Shown: positions 28,301 through 41,625 of the stretch, one piece after another
How the letters are laid out: each line of letters starts with the position of its first letter
Numbering within the stretch: position 1 is the first letter of the stretch
Origin: Mizuhopecten yessoensis
Taxonomy: Eukaryota
DNA length: 64,000 bases
Direction: 5' to 3'
Assembly (NCBI RefSeq): GCF_002113885.1
Contig: NW_018405000.1
Span: 316,436 to 380,435 of the forward strand
Program-made: the position numbers and the translations under genes
Notes under the pieces: model-generated
Databases searched by the model: none
What the model was told of the DNA's origin: nothing
The model's input: the letters and a program-made list of their open reading frames with translations, nothing else

Positions 28301-29848
28301 CGGCCCATCACCATATTTTCTTGCTGTTTCCTGTCTGTGAGGCTATAGTCTTACTGATGTGCATCCAGTGCAAGTTTATTTCTTGCCATTAAGTTTGTAA
28401 TGTAGAAAAGATGCTGCTGATAAGCTAATATGTACTGGCTGGGTTGTGGTTTGTGGGGAGGGGATTCCTCTCCGGCATCTGTCAGCATCACTGCTTCCCC
28501 ATCAGCTCGGAATGTCGAATCTGATGTAATTTATCCCAACTTGTTTTAATCAGTATCAAAAATAACTTTCTTTAAAGATAAAAATGTTCTTTAAAATCTG
28601 TATCAGAATTCCATGTCCCTCACCTTCCCTCTATCTGACGGTTAATTAATCTCAAACCGTGTGCACAAAGGTTTCCATAAGTCAACATCAAAGGTAACAG
28701 GTAACAGTTTTAATCATCAGCGTCAACATGTAATATGGTAGCTCAGAGGTTTTCTCTAGGAATGGTCAAAAAACAAGTTTTCAACACAAATAATGAAAGT
28801 GCAAAGATTTTAACAGGTCAAGGTCAGAATACAAAAGGTTTTGTTTGGTCAGGGTCAGAATATACAGGTTTCAACAAGTCAGGATCAGAATATACAGGTT
28901 CTCAGAAGTCAGTGTCAGAATACACATTACTGGTTGCCTATTGTTTATTGATAATAAGGGTTTCAGGTATACCAGAATGTTCAGGTTGAGGACAAGACTT
29001 GTCTCATTTTAACGACATCATAATTTAGATATTTCTAAAGTTAGTAACAGAATTCTGTTGTGATAAACAAAAGTGGAAGCACTTTAGCATCCTTTTATCA
29101 TTCCGCTTGCCAGTCAGAGTGTAAATCATATTACCACCCACATACTTCAATATAACGGGTCGAATGTTTTTGCATTGACATTTAAAACAAGGAAATATTC
29201 GTAGATACGCCGTCTTCGTATGTCAGTACCAACGTGTAATGGTACGAATCATGGCAGCAGGCAGGAAATCCAACAATATTTCCAACAAACACGAAACAGA
29301 TAACCATTAACACAATAACAAATCAGAGGCAGTAATAGTTAAGGATACAATATGCTACCTCACACATTATATTTTGTAATTTGTGTTTAGGAGTTATTTC
29401 CCTTAAAAAGAAAGTATTTTCTTTTAATTCAGAACTGCATGATTATGATCAACTCTAACGTAACTTTCATCAATTTGTACTCAAGTCCTAATTATTGTTT
29501 ATGAAAACATTTGACAGGATCTCGATGTCGAACTCTTCTGAAGTGGAGGTGACATTAGAATTAGGAGGCGTATATTGTACGATGGATATGCCCTTACGTT
29601 TGTATATTAACAATTTACATTACACTCTATGAAAATTTCAACAGAAAAGCTTCGTTTTATTTTTCATTACTGCGACACACAATCAGAACATCCTGCCGCA
29701 GAGTCATTTTATTTACCTCTGACGATTACAGTGACTGACCTGTCTGAATACCATCAAAATGTTTCCATTTTGAATGGACTGAAAATATTTTCATGTAGCC
29801 CAGTTTGGATAATCTGAGAAAACCTAGTTATCGGTTTGATGACCAGAG

Positions 29849-30673
29849 AGTAAGGTATTAAGTTAATATAGTGTTCAGTATACATAGTAAAGATCCTGAT
29901 TATAGTAAGGTATTAAGTTAATATAGTGTTCAGTATACATAGTAAAGATCCTGATTATAGTAAGGTATTAAGTTAATATAGTGTTCAGTATACATAGTAA
30001 AGATCCTGATTATAGTAAGGTATTAAGTTAATATAGTGTTCAGTATACATAGTAAAGATCCTGATTATAGTAAGGTATTAAGTTAATATAGTGTTCAGTA
30101 TACATAGTAAAGATCCTGATTATAGTAAGGTATTAAGTTAATATAGTGTTCAGTATACATAGTAAAGATCCTGATTATAGTAAGGTATTAAGTTAATATA
30201 GTGTTCAGTATACATAGTAAAGATCCTGATTATAGTAAGGTATTAAGTTAATATAGTGTTCAGTATACATAGTAAAGATCCTGATTATAGTAAGGTATTA
30301 AGTTAATATAGTGTTCAGTATACATAGTAAAGATCCTGATTATAGTAAGGTATTAAGTTAATATAGTGTTCAGTATACATAGTAAAGATCCTGATTATAG
30401 TAAGGTATTAAGTTAATATAGTGTTCAGTATACATAGTAAAGATCCTGATTATAGTAAGGTATTAAGTTAATATAGTGTTCAGTATACATAGTAAAGATC
30501 CTGATTATAGTAAGGTATTAAGTTAATATAGTGTTCAGTATACATAGTAAAGATCCTGATTATAGTAAGGTATTAAGTTAATATAGTGTTCAGTATACAT
30601 AGTAAAGATCCTGATTATAGTAAGGTATTAAGTTAATATAGTGTTCAGTATACATAGTAAAGATCCTGATTAT
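29849..30673. repeat. 55-bp perfect minisatellite, 15 copies
   Basis: taaggtattaagttaatatagtgttcagtatacatagtaaagatcctgattatag, with no variants seen. Confidence 0.97.
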
Positions 30674-30784
30674 CAAACGTAAGCATTCGTAACTGGTTGC
30701 ACAGTATTAAAGCATGCTATTTATATGAGGACACCATCGACGTCCAATACATGAAAGTTTGGTTTGTTGGAGTTTCTATGATCA

Positions 30785-31138
30785 GCATTCTGTTGTTAAG
30801 TGCTGACTAAATTCTGTAAGTATTTAGTATTCTGTTGTTAAGTGCTGGTTAAATTCTGGAAGTATTTAGTATTTTGTTGTTAAGTGCTGACTAAATTCTG
30901 TAAGTATTTAGTATTCTGTTGTTAAGTGCTGATTAAATTCTGTAAGTATTTAGTATTCTGTTGTTAAGTGCTGACTAAATTCTGTAAGTATTTAGTATTC
31001 TGTTGTTAAGTGCTGACTAAATTCTGTAAGTATTCAGTATTCTGTTGACTAAATTCTGTTGTTAAGTGCTGACTAAATTCTGTAAGTATTTAGTATTCTG
31101 TTGTTAAGTGCTGATTAAATTCTGTAAGTATTTAGTAT
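30785..31138. repeat. 42-bp minisatellite, about 8 copies
   Basis: Unit tattctgttgttaagtgctgactaaattctgtaagtatttag. Confidence 0.95.
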
Positions 31139-32069
31139 CAAGTTAGTTTTGGGTTAGATTTCTGGGTCATAGCACTGATCGGTATACCACGTTCTATCAA
31201 ACGCTCTCATTTCTAAGCATTTTATGCTATTTTGAAAATATTGTTTCTGCTTCAGTATTTGTTTTCAAATCGATTATAAAAGAAAATGCATTGTTCTGTT
31301 ATATCAGATATACAATATTTGCTGAATATATCCAATTATTATTGTCTTGAAGACGATGAAAATTTCACCCGTTCGGTTAACACAATAAATTTAAACTTCG
31401 GCCAAACAGTACACCCTACAGACTATTTCTTCCAATATGAGACAATTATTTCATGCTGAGCTACCATATTCTTAATACTATTGTGGGGGTACAGTAACTA
31501 CCAACAAGCACAATCTGTTCACTTCAGTATCATTAGACCTTCACTGTAGTGTAGATTTTCACCTTGTTATATCCTTGTTTGAAGCCAAATTTTACCAAAT
31601 ACTTTTTTTCTTTTTTTACATCATGGAACCAAATTTTAAATACAAAGCTGGGCCAATTTTAGAAGAAACAATAGCCGAGCTGAATTGATTTAGTTATTTC
31701 TAGAGAACGAAAGCCATTTGTGCTATCCTGGGATGAATTCTGGTAAAATCCATCAGATGTAATGTAAATGGCTGTGCGTGCTATTCTTATCTACCCATTT
31801 TATCATCCTTATCTTCATTCATTACGCACCTCCATTGTTGAAAGAATTCCGACAATATTTACTAAAATATAATCATTAAACAATCCCTGTGAAGTTACAG
31901 ATGATATCAATTTGTGATGGGTTCTGTCATACAGAATTCTGTTTTGTATGAGGCATGAAAAATGTCTATTTTACCTTGTTTTAACAGAACATCGCATGAG
32001 AGAGATGAAAGCCTCGAAAGTGCTGGCGGCCACGGAGATCAAAGAGACCCACAAAATGAAAACCATACC

Positions 32070-33322
32070 ACACAAACCTGATAATTCACCTGTTTATACC
32101 CATCCCCTAAACATCCACAACTTACAAACCTGATAACTCATCTGTCTACCCACCCCTAAACATACACACCTTACAAACCTGATAACTCACCTGTTTATAT
32201 CAATCCCATAAACATCCACACCCTACAAACCTGATAATTCATCTGTTTATACCAATCCCATAAACATCCACACCCTACAAACCTGATAATTCACCTGTTT
32301 CTACCAATCCCATAAACATCCACACCTTCCAAACCTGATAATTCACCTGTTTCTACCAATCCCATAAACATCCACACCTTCCAAACCTGATAATTCACCT
32401 GTTTCTACCAATCCCATAAACATCCACACCTTACAATTCACCTGTTTATACCAATTCCATAAACATCCACACCTTACAAACCTGATAATTCATCTGTTTA
32501 TACCAATCCCATAAACATCCACAACTTACAAACCTGATAACTCACCTGTTTATACCAATCCCCTAAACATACACACCTTACAAACCTGATAATTCACCGG
32601 TCTATATACCTTACAAACCAGATACCTCACCTGTCTACCCAACCTAAACATACACACCTTACAAACCTGATAATTCACCTGTCTATATACCTTCCAAACC
32701 AGATACCTCACCTGTCTACCCAACCTAAACATACACACCTTACAAACCTGATAATTCACCGGTCTATATACCTTACAAACCAGATACCTCACCTGTCTAC
32801 CCAACCTAAACATACACACCTTACAAACCTGATACCTCACCTGTTTATACCAATCCCCTAAACATCCACAACTTACAAACCTGATACCTCACCTGTTTAT
32901 ACCAATCCCCTAAACATACACACCTTACAAACCTGATAACTCACCTGTTTATACCAATCCCCTAAATATACACACCTTAGAAACCTGACAACTCACCTGT
33001 TTATACCAATCCCCTAAACATACACACCTTACAAACCTGATAACTCACTTGTCTACCCACCCCTAAACATACACACCTTACAAACCTGATAATTCACCAC
33101 CTGTCTATATACCTTACAAACCAGATACCTCACCTGTCTACCCAACCTAAACATACACACCTTACAAACCTGATACCTCACCTGTCTACCCACCCCTAAA
33201 CATCCACACCTTACAAACCTGATACCTCACCTGTTTATACCAATCCCCTAAACATTCACACCTTACAAACCTGATAACTCACTTGTCTACCCACCCTTAA
33301 ACATCCACACCTTACAAACATT
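32070..33322. repeat. About 50-bp minisatellite with an internal 81-bp higher-order repeat
   Basis: Unit acaaacctgataattcacctgtttataccaatccc.taaacat.cacacctt. A short+long dimer is repeated 3 times at about 32575-32830. Confidence 0.93.
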
Positions 33323-33479
33323 CGAAACTTGTAAACATCTACAAACCTCCACACATTAATCCCATCAGCACAGACTCTCTCCTCAATCCTTAATACTTTG
33401 GATAAGCTGAGAACTTGTAAGTAAATATTAGATTTACATTTCATCATGGAAGGTTTACTGCTTCATCTGCCTAATTAAG

Positions 33480-33567
33480 TTATTCACCCCTTAAATTTCA
33501 TAATGAACTATTCCAACCTTCGAGTTGGAGGAGTTCAAATGTGTCTTCAGGTGTGAATGAGTTAAAC
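33480..33567. mobile_element. Short (about 85-bp) MITE-like element, copy 1
   Basis: Imperfect inverted ends ttattcacccct...aggtgtgaatgagttaa; a reverse-complement copy lies at 34900-34985. Confidence 0.55.
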
Positions 33568-34509
33568 ATAACTTCAGCTCTTTTTTCATAATCCTTCAGC
33601 AAAACCCCTTCAAGGTATAAAGCTATACTGTAAACATATTACCATACATGTCCAGTGCCCTGAATGTTTGGTAGTTTCTACATGGAATAGGGTAACAGCA
33701 TAGAGAATAGAGTAGAAAAATCAAGCACAACTGAAATCAGGTGTGGTGTCCAAAGTCTAGTCAGCCAGAAAACCTAGCTTAAAGAGCATCTACACCTATG
33801 TATGCTTCAGCATATCAAGTTCGACCAATGTAATGGTTCTTACATTGGTACAAATGTTAATCATCCAATTCCATATTGCATGAAATCATCATCATTACAC
33901 ATTTTTCATTTATTTTTGTTTATCCAATTAACTTTATTGACAATTTCTTTTACTGTTTGTCAAATTCAAATTATTACACATTTCCACTTACTGTTCAATC
34001 TTTTGTCTGGTAATGATTATTTCACAGAAACGTTAAAAAAACCCATTTACTGCTTATAAACAAAAGGAAACTCAGTAACAAATGATAGGAAATGACTGTC
34101 AGTGTCACATAAAACCTTTCATTTTCACTTGATACAAAAACTAATGGCCTATCATGATGCCTGCCTGACCTTCTCCCAATACAAATAAGAAAATAATGGC
34201 AAGATCGGGGTTTTTTTCACATCGTCTCCCAAGATATGGCAATAATGGTCTAAATATACGAGGCAAGTTTCAATCTCAAATAATATGAAAGTAATGGTTC
34301 ACACTCAATGTCAGTTTGTGCGTCCCAGGATGAGAAAATGATGTGGAGATATAAAGGCAGTTTCAGACAGATTGAATGTTTTCCTCACTGGTGATGCAGT
34401 AAAGACGATACGTCTGGAATATCACTACAGTTACGTGACGGCAGACTTTTATAATCTAATTACTGTACTCACCACCAGTTAAAACATTTTGGACCTGTTT
34501 GTTTTATGT

Positions 34510-34822
34510 TTGTCACACAGGGTAACTCGATTGTCATTATCCTGACTACAAACTTTGGTAGTTGTCATAACACTGTCTAACACTTGGTTGTCATTATCCT
34601 GACTACAAACTTTGGTAGTTGTCATAACACTGTCTAACACTTGGTTGTCATTATCCTGACTACAAACTTTGGTAGTTGTCATAACACTGTCTGACAACAC
34701 TTGGTTGTCATTATCCTGACTACAAACTTTGGAAGTTGTCATAACACTGTCTAACACTTGGTTGTCATTATCCTGACTACAAACTTTGGGAGTTGTCATA
34801 ACACTGTCTGACAACACTTGGT
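34510..34822. repeat. 60/63-bp tandem repeat, 5 copies
   Basis: Unit ttgtcattatcctgactacaaactttggtagttgtcataacactgtct(gac)aacacttgg. Confidence 0.93.
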
Positions 34823-34899
34823 AGTTAGTTGTATAATCCTATTTGTCAACGGCAGTTGTTTTTATAGTTGTTATTATCCAGCAGGAGGCCACCACTAAC

Positions 34900-34985
34900 A
34901 CATTCACCCCTGAAGACACATTTGAACTCTTCCAATTAAATGTTGGAATGGTTCATTTTGAAATTTCAGGGTTGAATGAGTTAAA
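34900..34985. mobile_element. Short MITE-like element, copy 2 (inverted relative to copy 1)
   Basis: cattcacccctgaagacacatttgaactc...ttcaggg...tgaatgagttaa; TTAA-type end. Confidence 0.55.
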
Positions 34986-35279
34986 AACTATCCTGTTTGG
35001 GTAACCTGAGGAAGGCTTTTACATTTTGGTTGGTTGGTAGGTCAAAATATTTTGTACATCTGACAATGAAAAAAACATCCGCGGCCGAAGCAATGGGTCC
35101 ATTTTGTTTTGGTCCTATGCCAAACATGCCTAATTATTCTTGTTCAGGCCTGACATGTAAACACTGTCCGACTGTTGTTGTACAGTTACTTTACTTTTTT
35201 GTAGGAATCATATAAAAAATAAAATGGGAAAATTCAATCTGACAGAAAAAGTGGGGGAACAGAAATAATGAATACTTAC

Positions 35280-35327
35280 AGATGGAACTTTATCAAAGCA
35301 TCCTAATGCTTTACTGACATTTTGCAT
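35280..35327 (-). CDS. Candidate alternative first coding exon MQNVSKALGCFDKVPS, splicing to exon B
   Basis: ATG preceded by an in-frame TAA, 16 codons, donor |gtaagta in phase 0. Confidence 0.35.
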
Positions 35328-36152
35328 GAAACATTAAATGGCTTATTGCTGTCTTTGTAGATCATCTTATGAAACTCTCACATTGAACGAGTAAAAAAAT
35401 GGACATAACTGCCCGTCTTGATAAGGAGGTGTTTTTGTGTCGTGTTTGCATGACCCATGGATCTTCTGCCTTTGAGTTGTAGAGAATTTCTACGACTTCT
35501 ACATCTCCTAATCGAGCCAATTTGTGACAGATATACTCGCTTGCAGATGCAGAACCCTATGAAATTAGGGATGAGAATCCATTGGAGAAAGATGAGATGA
35601 CTGTATTGAGCAATGGCTTGGAAAGATAGCTGGTAATGACAACATTGTCGAGGCCTTCAGCGGGCATCGCTTCACCTACTCTCCACCAATCACGACAAGA
35701 CCGTCACAATTTGTATTTCAAAGGCAATATCCCTGGCATCCAACTAAAAAAATGTGATTTGTGTGGGTTGGTTAGTTGTGGGAACCTATCCACATGGTGA
35801 GGGTATATTTAGAAGCAATAAACATGATCGTGTTTGTGTTTTGTCATTAAGACGAAAGCCTAAATTTAGAAAGTACAGGTGAAATTTGCTATTTTGAAAT
35901 CTGAAAGTCAGCTCACAAAAACATATTTCACTTAAGTATGTGTGGGATGCAAATGAAAACTAAATCCGTTTATATACTGTGTAAAACTGCAGAAATCTGA
36001 TAAAAAAAGGTATGGGATTTTATTAATAAACACTTTGTTAATATGCCAGGCCCAGAGAGATAGCCTGGTATGTGGAGTCTATCATCCTTGTACTCCCGAA
36101 TGGTGGTAGTATATACACTTCTGTCCAGGGTAGTTACTGTCACACTGAAATA

Positions 36153-37320
36153 CAACAGTCCTCAAAGTGGTGGTACTGTTACAACAACAGTCCTTAAAAG
36201 GGGTGGTACTGTTACAACAACAGTCATATGGGGTGGTACTGTTACAACAACAGTCCTAAGTGGTGATAATACAACAACAACAGCCCTAAGGGGTGGTACT
36301 GTTACAACAATAGTCCTAAGGGGTGGTACTGTTACAACAACTGTCCTAAGGGGTGGTACTGTTACAACAACAGTCATATGGGGTGGTACTGTTACAACAA
36401 CAGTCCTAAGTGGTGATAATACAACAACAACAGTCCTAAGGGGTGGTACTGTTACAACAATAGTCCTAAGGGGTGGTACTGCTACTAAAACAGTTATATT
36501 GGGTGGTACTGTTACAACAACAGTCCTAAGGGAGGTACTGTTACAACAACAGACATATGGGGTGGTACTGTTACAACAACCATCCTAAGGGGGGGTACTG
36601 TTACTACAACAGTCCTAAGTGGTGGTACTGTTACAACAACAGTCCTAAGGGGTGGTAATACAACAACAACAATCCTAAGTGGTGGTACTGTTACAACAAC
36701 AGTCCTAAGGGAGGTACTGTTACAATAACCATCTTAAGGGGTGGTACTGTTACAGCAACAGTCCTAAGGGGTGGTACTGTTACAACAACAGTCCTAAGGG
36801 AGGTACTGTTACAATAACCATCTTAAGGGGTGGTACTGTTACTACAACAGTCCTAAGGGGACGACTGGTACTGTTACAACAATAGTCCTAAGGGGTGGTA
36901 CTGCTACTACAACAGTTATATTGGGTGGTACTGTTACAACAACAGTCCTAAGGGAGGTACTGTTACAACAACAGACCTATGGGGTGGTACTGTTACAACA
37001 ACCAGCCTAAGGGGTGGTACTGTTACTACAACAGTCCTAAGGGGTGGTACTGTTACTACAACAGTCCTAAGTGGTGGTACTGTTACAACAAGAGTCCTGG
37101 TACTGTTACAACAACAGTCCCAAGGGGTGGTAATACAACAACAACCATCCTAAGGGGTGGTACTGTTACTAGAACAGTCCTAAGTGGTGGTACTGTTACA
37201 ACAACAGTCCTAAGTGGTGGTTCTGTTACAACAACAATCCTAAGGGGTGGTACTGTTACAACAACAGTCCTAAGGGTTTTTACCCTGTTAGAACAATAGT
37301 CCTTTGGGGTGGTACTGCTC
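36153..37320. repeat. 30-bp minisatellite (ggtggtactgttacaacaacagtcctaagg), about 38 copies
   Basis: Direct tandem periodicity with indels. Confidence 0.95.
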
Positions 37321-38282
37321 ACAGGAAATTTAATGCTGAGCTTAACAACAAAATATATTAAATGGTCAAATTACCTTTCATTAGTGGAATCTGCCACCAA
37401 CGTGTTACCTTTATAATTATTTTGAAATTTGAAACAGCTTTTACTTCAAATGAAGTTTTTATGTGTTTTTTTTCACTTTGAACTTTCATATCATGTAGAA
37501 GATCATTTTCTTGAAGTTAATTGTTTAAACAACAAAAATCTTAAAAACTCCTTCAAAGAATATTTTATCAAATACAACCTAGAATACTGTATAAAAAGTA
37601 CAGTAAAATCCCTAATAAAGGATAAAAGGAATCTGCAAGTTTTCATGATGAAAATAGGTACCAAAATCTGTAAAGATAGGTAAATACAGGTACCAAAATC
37701 TGTAAAGACAGGTAAATACAGGTACTAATTCTGTAAAGACAGGTAAATACAGTTACCATAATTAGTAAAAGACTGCATATGCAAATTATATTACCCCCCT
37801 GGTGTTTACCTGTACATCCTCAAATTACAAAAAGTTTATACCTGTGTATACTCAACAGGTGGTATATGATGAAACACAACAGTACATGTGAGAAAACCCT
37901 TTCTAAAACATTAGAAACCTTTCACACACCAAGATCCAACCAGGTCTGACAATTAAAAACTGGCGTCTGAAATTCCAAGACGAACACCTGCACCAAGACA
38001 TTAATTGCCGAGTGCAGTTTAGGCAAGGCTGCTTCTTCATGTTATCAAATTTAAACATTTCCTCTAAAAAACCTACTTCACTATTATACTTGTTACAGAA
38101 CTGTAAAACAGAACATGGCAATTACGTACTCGAACCAGAACAGAATTTAGACGGGAAAATAATCTCCACAGATTTATTGAAGCTAAGAGTAAAGTCCTAG
38201 TTTAGGGATCCTAAAATCTGTTGGTAGTATATTTTCTGTAAATTTTTCTTTTTATGAACAACATCTCCAAAACTTGATTAGG

Positions 38283-38480
38283 TAAGGGTTGTGCTGTGGA
38301 TACCACACTTGCCTTTCACCAAGGCAGCCAGTGTTCGATTCTCTGATCGAACGTGGAAAGGTATGGGGTCACCCACCAGACCACGTGGGTTTTACTCCCG
38401 ATAATCTGATTTCCTCCCACAATTAGACCCACCGCACACTAACATCCAGGTCAACAAGAGTGATGAATACAATTGAGTTA
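38283..38480 (+). mobile_element. Degenerate tRNA-derived SINE with a V/Meta-like conserved core
   Basis: tRNA-like head (gcctttcaccaaggcagccagtgttcgattctc, B-box), then gtgggttttactcccg...tttcctcccaca core resembling V-/Meta-domain SINEs. Confidence 0.7.
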
Positions 38481-39177
38481 TATAAATAAGTTTTTATCAA
38501 ACCTTATCGTAAATTCATTTTAAGACTCAAATCATACATAACCTAAAAACTATATTTTATAACAAAGATTATAAGGTACAGAGAGAGTTTAACCTGAAAC
38601 ATAGACATTTTGGTAAATATCAAATTTGAAAAACTGAACAAAGACTCCTTACTGTATCAAAACACTCCTGTTTTTCTATTTCAATTTGCAAGGGAGATGA
38701 TTTACTTGAAATCTCATATTTATCTATGATAAACAAGCAAGACAGCAATTATCATATGTGGATTAATTTTGTTTCTTTTGCAAATTCAAATGCATAATTA
38801 TTTATCAAAAGATATATAAAAGAAAGAAGACATTTTCCACTTTGGCAAATAAGATACTTAATTTTGATTATGTGTATCCAAATGTTGATATTTATTTGTG
38901 ATATACATCAATTTAACAGGTCATCAAAATTGTGCTTTGAACAATGGACAACATAACATGGGTGTTTTCCAACTTTCCACGTGTTTTTGACGCACACTGC
39001 ATACAGGTAACATCTTTTAGTCTGCTGAACCTAATGACACGTCAGGTAAAACTGAAATCCTATTTTAATTAAAAGCTACTATTGAAAAATTCATAACAGA
39101 ACTGGAACAAATATTTCATCAACTTTTACTTCTATCTTGAAAAAATATATGAAATGTTGATGAATCATTCACCGAAA

Positions 39178-39250
39178 CCCATAGCTCAGGTGGTTACAGG
39201 GCTTGTTTAGTAATCCCAGGATTGCAAGTTCAAACCAGAGTCCTGCTGTA
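39178..39250 (+). mobile_element. Degenerate tRNA-like SINE head
   Basis: A-box tagctcaggtggtta and B-box-like agttcaaacc. Confidence 0.4.
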
Positions 39251-39762
39251 ATCTTTTTTTGTATCATTCAATGTTACATTTGTTAATTTGTTTAATATTA
39301 TGGTTATCAATACCTTCAACAATTGGAGTTTTACGTGATATTTTCTAATTGCGTGATATTGTATAAGTTTGACATTCTGGAGCAAATATTACATTGACAG
39401 TTTACATGTCACATAGGGATACGAACAGGTATACCGAGATACTGACCTCGTCACATCTGTCTGTTTATCAGACAAAATTGGACTGTTTAAAAACAATTTT
39501 ACTCCTTTGCACTAGTAAAATGAAAACTTAATTATATAAGAAAAATTCAATCATGTGTGGTCAAATTCAACAAATTTTACAATCACAGACCAAATTGTAC
39601 GCTGCACAAAATGACGTTCCTTCGTGTACATTCCAACACTTTTTCAAACCAACTTACAGACAGAAAAAGAGAAAATGGGAGAGAAATGGTAATAAGATAT
39701 AGGTATATTTCTATCCGGTCTCGGAACCAGAAAAGCAAAAGAAAGAAAGAAGTTGGACTTAC

Positions 39763-39845
39763 CTGTGCGATCAATGTGTTTCTGTTACAATCTCTCTGTT
39801 GAAGAAGCTGCTGGTTAAATCCATGGAGACCTGACAGACTGCCCT
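39763..39845 (-). CDS. Internal coding exon A of minus-strand gene: (E)GSLSGLHGFNQQLLQQRDCNRNTLIAQ
   Basis: Acceptor tttattacag|AG, donor CAG|gtaagt. 83 nt, phase 1 to phase 0, open frame, joins exon B in frame. Confidence 0.75.
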
Positions 39846-40279
39846 CTGTAATAAACCACAAACATGACGACCTTAAAAGTGTGTAGAAACTTTGTCCCTG
39901 TAGTAAAGTGGTATTCACAAGTACATTACTCCAGGTAGGAATGCCTGATGCCAGCGTGGTCAGTCTTTGTAGCCTTTTGTACGGCCAGGTTACATTTAAT
40001 TACTCGGTTCCTTGTGTTACGTTAAAAAAAACATCACAGAGAGACGATTGTATTCGAAAGTGTTGGCCCTTTAATCACGAGTTGTCCCCTCACTTTGCAT
40101 GTTGGGAAGCCAGGTTTGGCTTCTGAGGTTGCTACCTTGCCCTCACCCTGCCAGTTGGCTGCCCCAGTATGTATGAATGAGTGATTCACTTTCACTGCTA
40201 TATCACTAGGCAGGCACAGGCCCACCTCAACAGGCACAATCTTTGCCAAATTTCTAAAATTAGCTGCCGTTCCAGTTAC

Positions 40280-40499
40280 CCCCCTTAATATTCTCCACAG
40301 CAGTGAAAGTTTGGTGTCTCTTCAAAAACAGAACCCCTCTCCCATCATCCTCATCCCCATCATCATTATCAGCAGCAGCAGCAGCGTTGTCGGCGGAGAA
40401 AGGAGAAGAGAGACCCTTACTGAGACTGAGAAATGCCCCAACACACTGATACGACCTAAGTTTCTCTTTCACTAGCCCGTAGTCTGAAGGTACAGTCAT
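40280..40499 (-). CDS. Candidate alternative first coding exon MTVPSDYGLVKEK...ENIKG, splicing to exon A
   Basis: ATG-initiated open frame with an acidic/Ala run. Donor GGG|gtaact is in phase 1, matching exon A. No transcript evidence. Confidence 0.35.
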
Positions 40500-41336
40500 C
40501 TATATTCCACAACTAAACGTTTCCAAGCAGCCTTCTCTATCTTGAATTGACACAGAAAATAATCGCAAAACCAGCGCGTGTTTAGAGATGATTGTTCGGG
40601 ATAGATAGAGAGAGAGAGGACCTTACCAACCCTACATATGTACCTGAAGTTGGTGGGAAGTCTATGGGCAACATGTAATCAATTCTGTGTACAACTGGCG
40701 AGATATTGATCCCACAACGGCCAGGGAGTTCACTAGTATTTCTATAGGAGCTGCTTTAATAGATATAGCTAATCATTTCAACAAGTTTTCAAAGCATCAT
40801 TTTTCTAAATTGTGTTTTTCTCTTTAAGATAAAATTGAAATTAAAACATATGACTAAATATTAAAATCGAAATTCACAATTTTTCATGAAATTTAAAAAA
40901 TGCCATAAAAGAAATCTTTGAGGAGAAATATTCCACAATGATATCAGATAGAAATGAAATACTGTTATGGTGCTGGAGATATAAACCTACAATTTGTAAA
41001 TGACCGAAGAATCATCTGAACATCTCTCCCCGTTGAATTCTGCAACATCAATATCGTCTGGATTAACAAACAGATTTGTGTAGGAGAGCCGGGTCTCATG
41101 TTACACACCATCATCACTACAGCTATCGCCAATAGAATCACTGTTCCACCTTCACAATTCATAAATTTGTTACAACCGCCATCGAGCTGCCATCACTATC
41201 ATCAATACTGAACTGGTTGGAGCAACCTTACAAGGCGTTGCTAGAGAGCAGCCATGCCAAATCTTGAAGTGGTAGTAATTAAATGGCATAACAACACTGA
41301 CTATTTGTCCCTTCCTCTATCGTAACCAAGCTTCTT

Positions 41337-41625
41337 AGTGACCCTGATTACATGCATATCAGAGCAACCAAACTTTTCAAATATGGATTTTTTTTACATC
41401 ATATTTAACAACAATTTCCCATCAACTGTACACATAATTAAACTTGTTTCTGTAGAAGGTTACAAACTTGTTATTGACCGCTCAGTGACCCTGATTACAT
41501 GTATATCAGAGCAACCAAACTTTTCAAATATGGATTTTTTTACATCATATTTAACAACTATTTCCCATCAACTGTACACATAATTAAACTTGTTTCTGTA
41601 GAAGGTTACAAACTTGTTATTGACC
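41337..41625. repeat. About 147-bp direct tandem duplication
   Basis: agtgaccctgattacat...ttattgacc occurs twice. Confidence 0.9.

Noticed and set aside
36070-37322. Mucin-like Thr-rich ORFs
   Set aside because: They come from a 30-bp minisatellite with frameshifting indels.
39178-39250. Functional tRNA gene (also 59630-59710 and about 24745-24820)
   Set aside because: No intact cloverleaf is evident; these are better explained as decayed SINE heads.
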